DNA of 64,000 nt from Tubiluchus corallicola (lineage: Eukaryota; Animalia; Priapulida). Both the position numbers and the translations under genes were made by a program. The notes under the pieces were generated by a model. That model was not told where the DNA came from. It was given only the letters and a program-made list of their open reading frames with translations, and made no database searches. Positions 11,877 through 23,293 of this stretch are shown here, one piece after another. Position 1 is the first letter of the stretch; each line of letters opens with the position of its first letter. The DNA lies in the NCBI GenBank assembly GCA_030141605.1, contig JAQGDQ010000886.1:1-64000 (forward strand), in the 5' to 3' direction.

Positions 11877-13806
11877 CTGAAAAAAACAGGAATAAGCCTT
11901 ATTACATTAGCATGTAACTGATAATACAAGGATTTATTGTTGGATGGTTGGATTGCCCAATAGCTGGATGACAGACCTTGCTAGCTATTTGGTAATTTCG
12001 TTGTTTACTTTGTCAGTTAGTCTGTTTGCTTGTTAAGGTAAGACTCCATGTGTGCGTTTTCCGTAATGCGTGATGTTTCCACGAGTCCATGCACTGGCTA
12101 TGCCTATTAAAAACCTTTCGGTGATCTTTCGCTCATTTTGGTTACTATTTATGAAAATTGGAAGGGATGATTTTTGGAAGCCATGTCTCTAGCGATCAAG
12201 AAATAATCACAGCCGTGACATTAGCTTATCATAGTACTATTAGACGCAAAATTCGAGTAAAAACATTTTGCGAGGGAGAGAACAAAGCATGTGTCATCTC
12301 TTAGTGAAAGAACTGCAACTAGATGCAGAACAGCATAATTGTACGCTTCTTCCACTCTCAAAAACTAAAATGGAAGAAATATTACTGCATGTGCGTGTAG
12401 GTATCTAGGTCTAGGTATTACTGTATAACCTGAACTGACCAAAACTCTCCCGACCAGGAAGTCAATCAACGAAAATGGTCATCTCAAACTTTAAAACTTA
12501 CTAAAACGTTAAGCAAGGGCGGCTCCCATCTCCGTTACGCTGCTTGATGCGTGTTCCTACGTAGCGATCACATTCGAGGATCACGCATCAGGCATTACGG
12601 ATTGCACATTAAAAAAATTATTTCCACGCAATGTATTATATATTCCCCATATATAAACTGTTGTATACGCATTATGCGTACATGGAGTTCTAATTTTAGA
12701 ATGTGTTGCGATGACGCACTACTTTGGCAATGGACGTGTATGTTTCTCTCCATCACATCAGACCACCTTGTTCTCCCCCACACGAATAAAAATCCTAAAT
12801 TCAAGAATTTCCTCAAAGATTGGTTGTTTAGTTAATTAATTGATTGGACCCTAAAAGTCCTAATGTCACTTAGTCGATTGGGTAGACTGGCTGACAAGCT
12901 ATTTGGTTGGTCAGTTGATCAATCAGTTGGTTGTTAGCTATTTGATTCATTTATATGACTATTTGGTTGAGTAGCTCGTTAACTACCTAACTGGTCAACT
13001 AACACAGCAATGACCGACAGCAAAATGTACTCTCAAATGCATGAATGAATCAAAAATCAAAAATGCAGGCTTGCAATTATTGCATTCATTAAGTGCTGTA
13101 ATTGCGACCAATTACAGTAGCTATAGGCCTCCCCCGTATTCATGTATTCATTTGACAAGGTTTCTTTCAACTTTGCATGGTTGTTCGACATGCATTGCAC
13201 TGTGAAACAATAGGCTCGTCGTCTTGCTTATGCACGAAAATAAAACGGAAATGAAACTGTAGCTGGTTATATTGTTGCATTATCGCATTTCGTAGTTTAA
13301 TATGAATAAGCGAGCAACCTGCAGGTGTGTTTAATAAAGGTGCACATGATATACAACAATATAATGTTACGACGTGGTGTTTCTTATGACAACTAGCAGT
13401 GTAGATTTGTTATTGTTTTTCATGGCCTAAGTCATAAACTTGTAGTTATGGCCAATATGTTTGCCTTTTTAGATAACACGCTGTCTACTTTTTAAATAAC
13501 TGGGATGTCTAAACATTCTAGGTATTAATATCATTCTGACAGACATATTTACATATAAGTTCCTCAACAATTTATTTCTGTTATTATCTTCAAATTATTT
13601 TGTGCAAAATCCTAACATGCATAAATGTAAACTGGTGTAAAATATAAATATCTAAATCTAAATATTCGTAAATTATCTTGGAATACCAAAACTGGAATGA
13701 AATACTACCACTGACACATGTCGTAATTTTATTTTGTATGTAAACATTGTGTCAGTTTGTCAAACACAAAATCGTATAGACAATTATAGTTAGAGTAGTC
13801 GACTAA

Positions 13807-13897
<91 letters not shown>
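13807..13897. repeat. (ATT)n microsatellite in GPCR intron
   Basis: About 30 units. Confidence 0.97.
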
Positions 13898-13901
<4 letters not shown>

Positions 13902-14362
13902 ATAAAAATAATTCGCTCATTTATAATAATGTTGTTATATAGTAATAAATTATTCACTGATCGTTTTCAGGCACCCGAATGGTCGACTTCTTTCAGTCAC
14001 CCATTCGACCTTTCTTGAACCAAAATTACATCATTGACTTTTAATATTTAGCTTGTGGATCATTTCATATTTACCTTTTGCGTTTTACCTTTAAATCATT
14101 ATAGATTGGACAGATGACCAAGTCAACTAGAACTAGTCATCGAGTCAGTGGATGCATTTGTTGTTGGCAATACCTCGTTTCATAATGATTTATCTTTAAA
14201 GTGTAACGAAAGTCTGTTTTAAAATAGACCACAATAATTCATTTTCGAGGCTAAAATAGCTTCTTAGTATAGCTTTGCTACAATTACTTCCAGACAGTGA
14301 TTAGTCACGATTGTTTTGCTTGTGGTTAAACCGTGTACTTGCATATCTACAAGCTTGCTTAC

Positions 14363-14784
14363 CTGTCCACGGAGATAGCCACCATTGTAAACACCGAAGC
14401 AAACGTCATGACGAAATCAAAGAAAATCCAGGTACTACACAAAGCTTCGCTGAAAGGCCATCTAAGAAGTATCGTGTCTATTGTGTACAACGTCATGGCT
14501 GTCAGCGCCACCATCAAGTCGGTTACCCCCAAGTTAGCGATGTAGAAATTAAAGGTGGTCCTGAGTTTCCTGTTGATACAGATCACCAAGAGTACTGCCA
14601 AGTTTCCGAAAATTGTTATTAAAACCAGGGCGCTCAAAATGATGCTCAAAGATATAGTCCGCAGCGTCCATTCGAAAGGCAGGTGTTCCTCTGTGTCAGT
14701 TAGATTTTCTGTGTGACTAACAGAGGTGCATTCATTGCCTGCTGTTACAACTGCAGTTGCATTTGAGCAGTTTTTATAAAACAT
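14363..14784 (-). CDS. Aminergic-type GPCR paralog 2, exon 1 (N-terminus to TM3)
   Basis: N-glycosylation sequons (NCS, NAT, NLT), TM1 GNLAV, TM2 NLGVTDL, ECL1 WPF, TM3 CSTWIFFD (D3.32)...SVDR. Donor AG|GTAAGC is phase 2, matching exon 2; spliced product ~540 aa. Confidence 0.95.
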
Positions 14785-15099
14785 TCTGTAAATTATTTAT
14801 TAAAAATTTTTCGTTATCTTCTAAATGTTCTGAAAAACAGCATTATCACTGAATACAGTGGTCGTTGAATACATCAGCATCGTGTTTCGCTGGATGACAA
14901 CTCTGTTGTTATATAATGACAGATATGAGACTTCCAGTAGGTTTCGCATAACCAACGCACATGCGCAAATGTAAATGAAGTGATACTAGCTAATGTGTAC
15001 GTGTAGATTTAATCGCATGCGAATCATCTGCTGAGTGCTCAAGAAGTTTTGCAAATGTTAATGAAAGAACAGGCGTAAGAACAGGTAGAAAGTATAATG

Positions 15100-15300
15100 T
15101 ACGATAAAGAGGAGAAAGGAAAGAAACAAAAGGAAAAAGAAATAGAGACAAACAGAGATCGTATTAAAGAAAGGAAAAGGAAAAAAGAAAAGAAGAAAAA
15201 GAATAAGAATGAGAAGAAAGAAGGAACGCATAGAAGTGGAAAAACAATTTAAAGAAATAGAAGGAAAAGGAAAAGTATGAAGGGAAAAGCGGAAAAGGGT
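15100..15300. repeat. Purine-rich (A/G) low-complexity tract
   Basis: Almost exclusively A and G. Confidence 0.8.
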
Positions 15301-17737
15301 TAAAGATGACGGTTTTTATGATCCTACAGTCTGGAACTGTTATAAAGTAATAAAAAAGGACAACTTACTTTCTTCTCTTCCTTTACTTGCTTAAAAAAGT
15401 GAAAATATTTTAAGAATTTTTCTTGCCTAAATTGATCAACTGTTGCCTAATTTATTGTCGAGTCTACATTCGTCTGTTATACAGTAATAATAAAAAAATA
15501 GCATTTGCGTAAAAATTTAGAATACGCATTGTTTTCCTCATAATGAGTAACTGAGAGTTTGAACCTTACCTATTACTAATGGGTTTAACATTTACGAACG
15601 AAAACACACTGGTAGTACCGGAGATGTATAACATTTTATGTGATGTGTACAGTATCTACGCACATTAGTGCTTGTATTGTAATTTAATCTACAATCTACA
15701 GTTTGTGTAAACCTTTTCTTAGCCGAGAGAAATTTGTCACTGATAACGTATGCATGTAGATTAGGTTTTAGCTTCAGTCTTTATAAATCTCTAATTAGCA
15801 GTGGTCACCATAATCTGTAATTTCCAACAGTCAGATATGCGCTGCATGAGAAATTTTAGGTGGATAAACCATGTATTCTTCGAGGATGACTTGTATGTGA
15901 TAGAGCTTCGGAGCTGATGTCATGCATGGTTAGACCGAATGGAGGTTACCAGATTCTTTAATTTTTAAGTTTGGCATAAATAATAACAAAGTGTATGTGT
16001 AATTACTTAAGTGTATAACACTTTAGTTAAATGAAACAAATTTGTTGCGTTATTTTCATACCAAAATGGATGACTCATCCACGTCAACAGGGAGTTGATT
16101 TCCCCGCAACAAAACTTTTTTACTTTCGCTGAAATTCGCTCTTTACCTGGCTTCCTAAGTTTACGTCATTTCAGAAAAGCACTATTGACGCGTGCATTTT
16201 GCCAATAGTTTGCACTGTATACATAGGGCTAAAAAGCAAGTCCTCCTGTTGATAAAAGAAGATTCTTGAAAAAGAATTTATCTAATGATAACAAATACTG
16301 CTAAACCTAAGATATCAAATCCTTCAGGAGCGTAATACAGGAAAGGAAAGTTGAAAAAGCTCACTGACATTGAACAGCAAAACGGTTCGTTAACGAAGTA
16401 AATGCAAACAAGCCATTTTCTGGCTGTGAAAGAGTTAGTTATTACTTTGAAAATGATGAAACTAGTGAAATGGATATACGTGAAAAAGAGGAGTTAGGGT
16501 TTCAAATATTTGCAGATGAAAAGGCTGAGGGAAAATCTAATCAGTTACATGAGTACGTATACGAAGAGTGCAGCAGAAACTGCACAAATTTTGATCGTTT
16601 CCGAAGGCCTAGGGCAATGTGCTCATAAATTCATTTTCAAATTCATTTAACACAAACTGCAAAGACGTAATGGACATTTAACTGATACATTATAATACAC
16701 AAGCGTAGCATACGGGTACCATAATACTACATTATAAATAGATAACAAAAATTCTGTTCTTTCCAATGTTTTGTGTTTGGTTTTCATATAAGCATGTTCT
16801 TTTCAACCAAATAAAGCAGCAAAAACACGTGTTACACTTTCGCAGTGTTGTTTATTTCGCATTATTTAAATATAATCTTTTTTGTAGTGTACTAAAGTTT
16901 TAAAAGGTTCACAAATTAAAATTCGATACAATATGAAATAGCAGTTGATTATGTGGCTAACTTCATAATGTGAATCATCATTTTTAAATAACGAATTGTT
17001 ATTTTACAATGCTAATTTAGAAACCAAAATACAAAATTAGTGAATTACACTTACGCAAAGGTTGCAGATAACTGCCATTTTCTTACCGAGAATTTTTTTA
17101 CAACTCAATTTTGGGGGCTGGCTGTGGGTTGGGGACGGTGCAGGACTGCAGTATAAGGCTCAGGAGGGGCACTAAAATACTTTTGCCCAGGATGTCAAAA
17201 CTACCTAGAGCCGGGCCTGACAATAGATTCTCATTACAGCTCAGGACAGTATCGTGTATTGAGGTTAAAAGCATAGTCACGTCTAGAGGGTGTAGTTTAC
17301 TGAATTAAAAGCATAATATGCTTGCAATCGACACTGAATTGCTTACTATTTTGTAACGTTTTTGTGCATAATAACAGTGTATTATTTTTACAGTGATAGA
17401 AAGTGGTACAGTACGGCACTTCGCACCAAACAAAACAAAGGTAAGACTGTCTTTGGGAGGACATGTATGACATTTATGTAAACACTTATAGCTACTTTCT
17501 CTTTTTAATTTTTGTTAATAGTAAGTTTATGTCTTGATAATTAGTTTGATTATTAATTATTAAGTGTACTTTTATGGCTCAAGACATGTAACGTCCACAA
17601 GCTGAAATAAAGAATAAAATAAATAAATAAAATAATAAATGAGAAAAAATTGCTATATGCCAGCAAATGTATACAGTGGTTGTGAACTGAAATCATTCTG
17701 CGTTGATTACGTTAATGATATTGGATAATTGCGTTAC

Positions 17738-18626
17738 TCAGTTTTGCTTTTTTGGAATTTGGATAAGATCCGCAGGCGGTATTCCGACGTCAATCAGGAA
17801 ATGTGTATACAACATTAGTCGCTTTGAACACAATAGCGTATAGTCTACACTGTTTAAACCGTCATTTTCAAATCTTTCGATGCTAGAATTGAGGAGCTTA
17901 GTTCTTAAAGGTGATTTTCCACGTTTGGGGTGCGCAAGCATTTTATATCGGCCAATATCTTTTTTCGGCCTGGTAATTTTTAAGCCTACAGCTCTTATCC
18001 TACTTTCCAAATCATCATCTTCGGCTCCCCAACCCCAGTACACATTGGAATAGCCGTTCACCTTCTCAAAATGTTCTTTTCTTATTGCCAGAACTCCCCC
18101 GATCAAACGATGGTAAGGTAACTTATAGTGAAGTTTGTCTATCGCACGGGACAAGTGCCTAGGGTGCTCCGGACAGCTGTACATGTTACGGTCATTTTCA
18201 GGTAGAAGGTCAACATCGTGGAACACAATACAGGAAAAATTGAAGTTTTCTTTTGCCTCCTTAACAGCTGCATTCATGATTACGCCCTTATTGAAGAACG
18301 CTCTGCCGTACTGCTCTGCAACCACGATTTGGTAATTCAACTGTTGACGTTGTAGGATAGGATGAATGTGGCTTAATAATTTCTCCAAATGCAGTTTTCT
18401 GTCCCTGTAGGGAATCACAATAAGCACGCGGTGTCTGGACGTGCAGCCAGGAGGAACGTAGCGCCCTCCCGGTTGCAGAGTTTGTCTGACTTCAATTAGT
18501 TTGTCTTGAACAATTTTGTTGTCTGATAAATTTCCAGTGAGGTAATCGAGGTTTATGTTTCCGATCAAATCAGGTGGTTGCTCAGGGCACAAATCAGGTG
18601 TCACCTCTCGATAATCTGTTTCCAGT
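17738..18626 (-). CDS. GT7 beta-1,4-glycosyltransferase (beta4GalNAcT/bre-4-like or B4GALT-like), exon 2 carrying the catalytic domain
   Basis: Motifs GGRYVP, IPYRDR, FNKG, FHDVDLLP (DxD), PRHLS, GGV, NGYSN.YWGWGAEDDD, YKMLAH. Acceptor cttacttccAG at 18628-18627, phase 2. Confidence 0.92.
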
Positions 18627-20549
18627 CTGGAAGTAAGAAGCAAAACATTAGTAGAACAAGAGAGCCCACAGTAAAAGGTTTCTGAGTTGAGTTGCCTACT
18701 TTTCCGAAATAATGACAATAAAAGAATAAAATAAATTTCATAATGTGTAATATAATATTACCTAAAATTGGAAAACGCGCGCAGGTATTAATTTCATTGC
18801 AATGCATATATGTTACCAGTAATACCGAATGTGTGTTACCATCACAAATTCTCAGTCTTGCAATTCTCTTTCCAGAATCGCGACTTTTTAAAATATTTGA
18901 GCTTTCCATTCGAAATTGCATAAACTATTCAAAAAGCCTGCGTTCGCAAAACAAGCAGGTGTGCCGCTTTAATATATGTTCTTGAAAAACAAAATTTTGA
19001 CATGTTGTTTGTTCCATTCGAGATAGGCAGTCGCGGTTTTATTTCTGCTGACAATTACAGTACGCCTAAAAAGCCTTTCAAGCGGTGCCATTATGGAGGA
19101 AAATTGTCTGAAGAGACTTAATGAAACTTGCCGTCTTCTTATCATAAGTAAACTTCTATTCAAAATATTCGGCAGATTGGCAAGCTTGATTTTTAATGCC
19201 TTATTGCCAAACACATAAGTTACGTTCAGTACAGAGTTTTAATGCCTACATTTTAGTAGATTATATATATTATTTTAGTAAATTCATTCACAACTTTTAT
19301 CCTTTTGATCTTGCAGAATGTTAGTGTTACATGTAAATGTTACCTAAAATTTGTAATATGTAAGTTAATGTGTATTTAACTGTTCATTCTTGGAATTGAA
19401 CACTCATATCTGGGACATTGTGTCTTTAACATTAAATTTTGTTGTTTATTGCAATAAAAATCTTATTTAAAAAAACTTTTAATACAACATAAATTTGGTT
19501 AAAAATCAAATAGTACTACTGTCGGTCAAAAACATGTGCATGACCAGCTCCATCAAAGCCGTTAAACTTTTTCTTGAGAAGTAGAAACTGAAATATTTTC
19601 TGGTAACTTATAATTGATAAACCCCTTTACCAGAAAATGAGCGAAAACATGTCGTTGTGCTGACTCGAAGATAATGTAAACATAACCCCAGTGTATATAC
19701 CTGCTTCTTTATAAATGAAAGTGCCAAAACCAAAAATTAAGTTGCTGAATCTCATTAACGTTTTAAATTCAACACATTAAGAATGAAACAGGCTGATACA
19801 TTACATAATATGCTCTGTTGACAGCAAAACGATGACCAGTGCTCGGGACGAACGCCCGACCCTGTCACATCGCATTTACTGTGAAAAAATAGTAGCCAAG
19901 CATTTCATTAACTCTGATATATACAAATCTGGCTTTAAAAATAGCTTCCTATTACCCGTAATAGGCTGTTTTAAGTTAAAATGAGCTACTGAGTGGCGGT
20001 TTTACAAACGTGATGAGCATTTATGAGCACACCTGAGTGATTCACTGCAGGTAACAACAAACTAATAAAAAACAATTCAAAATATACTTTCAAATCTTAA
20101 CTATGCTTACATTATTGTAAGTTTACCACTTACAGTACGCGCTTTGTCATTCTTAAACCACAAAAGAAAAAATTTATTAAGGTCGAGTTAATTCCACAGA
20201 AATTTAATTGTGAAGAAATGTCAGTAGAATATTAATCGAGCGTCTTTTGAAACATGCGCTCAATATGTTTTAATATGAACTATACGAACTCATTTAGACT
20301 TTACTACGTACAATATTAATTTACCGTCATTGTCAATCAATAACGCTGTGAAATAATAACAACGACTGAAGAAAATTCAAGTGAAAAAATACCAAATGCC
20401 AGTATACAGGTACTAGACAGTCGAGAGACAGGGGGAGATGGAGAGGGAGAGGGAGGGAGAGAGTGAGAGAGAGAGGGGAGGAGAAAAACTGCAAACGAAA
20501 AATATTTGAACATAGAGAGTTAAAGTTAATCATAAATTTCCAATAATGA

Positions 20550-21860
20550 CAGGGCCATGAGAATTTGGCATGCATTATTGCAATTTACTTTTATAAGTGT
20601 TCTTAAATGTCCATTGCGGATTGGACTCATTGTCATATGCACAGCTAATTCCACGCCTAATTTCAAAGAAACATTAGCAAGCAAAATCTTCCCTGGGGAC
20701 CAAGTCTGGTGAACAGGGCAGGACGGTGCTGTTCAAGGTAAAGAAGGTGTGAAAGAATTGTGTAAAGCGTCCAAAGCGTCATGACTGCCTACGAACTGTT
20801 GCTTTTTTCTATAATAGGATAGTTGCCTTCGTCTCTCATTCTCAACTTTTTGGCTCAATCAGTGGACGCAGTGGTAATCTCATGGGCAGTATTGAAGAAC
20901 GCACGAAACCTGGTAAGAGCGCCAGGGGAGGATTCGCATTCCACGGAATGCAAGGGATAATGCAATGAATGATGCAGTGATTGCAAAGAATGCAATGAAC
21001 GCATTCTCCACAGCGAAGTGATCACAAGAAGGGCTTATATTATCAGCCACTATTGTACTTTTAACAGTAGAAAAATCGCTGACACAAAATAAGTCCAACG
21101 TACTGCTCCTAGTTTTGACTAAACATTATTGAAATGTGGGATAACTTGGATCGGTGACCAGCTATACCAAATCAAGGTCACCTAGATAGTTAATAATAAC
21201 TTCATTCACACCATCAGTAGGCGTGTAAGGCAGTGATGGAAAGTCCGCTTGACTGTTAAAATCTCCCATGATCACAACTTATTTACATTCATGTTTAGTC
21301 ATTTCTGTTAAGACAAGAGGCTCTTACTGGGCATTAATTTGATCTAACTGAACTTATAGGCAACCACCGGAGGGAAGATAGCAGACACCCACTAAGATTT
21401 TTAACAGTTTTCCCAAAAGATCTCATATTGTCAGCAAGCATGCTTTTCGTTGTGATCGCGTACAGCCAAAAGCAATATCTCACAAGAATCGGCACCATCG
21501 TTTTTAAAAATTACGTAAGAGTCGCCTAAGATCTCTCCTTTGAAAAATAGTCAAGTTTCACAAACTCCCACAATGGAATATTGCTACAGAAAATTCTAGC
21601 TGCTCTAACAGAAAGCTCATTCAGTTTGTCTAATAGGCTACGAGCGTTAAATGAGAAAAATTAGATTTTGCAAGTTGAAAAGCAAGTTTCACAAACTCCC
21701 ACAATAGAATATCGCTTACAGCAAGCCCTAGCAGAAAGTTCATCCTGTTTGTTTGTTAGACTACGAGCGTTCAATGAGAGAAATGAAATAATTATTACGA
21801 AATGGATGTGGAAAACTGCTACTTTCTGTAGAGACGTCATTCTTACTGTTTTTGTTACCA
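20550..21860 (-). mobile_element. CR1-like LINE ORF2 endonuclease relic in the GT7 intron
   Basis: Decayed APE motifs: LNARSL.NK.DEL, IVGVCET, ILVGVCY.P, IMGDFN, TLDL, CDHFAV. Confidence 0.7.
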
Positions 21861-22194
21861 CATTTTAAGAAATTCAGCAACAAATTCAGAATGTTGAGAC
21901 CAAAATATGAAGTTTTGAAAGTGAACAGCTCATGCGACCACGTCTCAATACAACAAAAAAATTGTGCTGTCCACTGCGCCGATTATCTATTGTCCTAGAG
22001 CACAAATCCTGGTAGTTAACGACTTTACCAAGCTGGTTTGTAGAACTGTTTTTTGTTTGTTTGTGAGAACTAATTTAAAAATTGCTCGTATTTTAAGTTT
22101 TTCCTTTTAAATTCAGGCTTATTTTAGCTATCTAAATAATAGAAGTTACTTGCCACAGTGAGACAAAAAATAATAGAGTGGTTACTGTACTTAC

Positions 22195-22343
22195 CGCAAA
22201 TCGGTCATGCGCGCCAAATTTCTCTGAAGTTTTTTTTGTTGAGGAGTGATAACAATAGGCGTCGATAGCAACACAACACTAACTATCGCCACCAACGTCA
22301 GTATAAAGTATGTAGTCACGTTTATGCTAGTATAGTTAGGCAT
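22195..22343 (-). CDS. GT7 glycosyltransferase exon 1 (type II signal anchor)
   Basis: MPNYTSINVTTYFILTLVAIVSVVLLSTPIVITPQQKKLQRNLARMTDL-R; donor CG|GTAAGT is phase 2, in frame with exon 2. Too short for the ORF track. Confidence 0.75.
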
Positions 22344-22617
22344 TGTTTTCTATCCTGCGAATTTCAGAATGATTTACTCGAATTTACAACATTATCAAAT
22401 TGCAAACATGAGTGAATGATACGTTCTTGGTGACAGCTGGTAATTGTTTCTGCATTATTATTTATGAACGTGCACCTTTCATGGCAAATCTTTGCATCAT
22501 GCCATTGTAGTTTGTGAGTATTAGCCTAAAATACCAATAAGCAAACATTTTCAAATCCAAAATAGATTGAGTAAAAGCAAGGTCTATGATTTTCCAACGA
22601 TTTTTTTGCTTTCTCAC

Positions 22618-22657
<40 letters not shown>

Positions 22658-22672
22658 CTCTCTCTCTCTCTT
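22618..22672. repeat. (TC)n microsatellite
   Basis: Nearly perfect TC run. Confidence 0.95.
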
Positions 22673-23159
22673 CTCTTGCTGTCAGTTTTATTCACGGACA
22701 AGGCTTTTTAAACATTAGATTTTTGTTCGTTTAGGTCTTATACCTGACAATATTTGTTTATGTGGCCTCCGTTCAACTTGTGAACATTTGCTTTTTGGCT
22801 GCCCTTTCGTAGATTTACAAAACCGTATGTTTTTTAAGAATAATATTAACACCACTAACATTGCTATGTTAATTCAAAAACAAAACGATAGCAACATTTT
22901 GAAATCATTTATTGATGCACGGTACTTAATGACGACTTCATCAGACAGCAAACGTCAGGAACGTCATAATATGTATCATAAAATTTTAAAGACAGCTAGC
23001 TCTTTGCAAATAATAGCGATTGTACTGTTGTAATTTTTGTAATTTTACATATTTATACTCTTGTTTACAGTCAATTTTATTATTTTATCACAGAGATTGT
23101 AAAATTTATTCTTACTCGTGCTAATGTTGTCGCACCTGCAAATAGAGGCTTTATTGTCT

Positions 23160-23191
23160 TTGTTTCTGTCTCTGTCTGTCTCTGTCTCTCG

Positions 23192-23236
<45 letters not shown>

Positions 23237-23237
23237 G

Positions 23238-23290
<53 letters not shown>
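23160..23290. repeat. Compound (TC)n/(TCTG)n microsatellite, 5' flank of LINE
   Basis: TC runs with a duplicated tgtctctcgcggtc motif. Confidence 0.95.

Positions 23291-23293
<3 letters not shown>

Noticed and set aside
11877-11929. N-terminal MYYQLHANVIRLIPVFF of the 417-aa ORF
   Set aside because: Intron sequence upstream of the splice acceptor.
18627-19214. N-terminus of the 326-aa ORF and the 106/81-aa ORFs as GT7 5' exons or a frameshifted pseudogene
   Set aside because: A good acceptor at 18627 plus an in-phase TM exon at 22195-22343 explains the gene; the candidate intermediate acceptors tested gave in-frame stops.
23118-23290. LSLSLS N-terminus of the 907-aa ORF as a signal peptide or domesticated RT gene
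   Set aside because: It is the (TC)n flank read in frame; the element is simply 5'-truncated.
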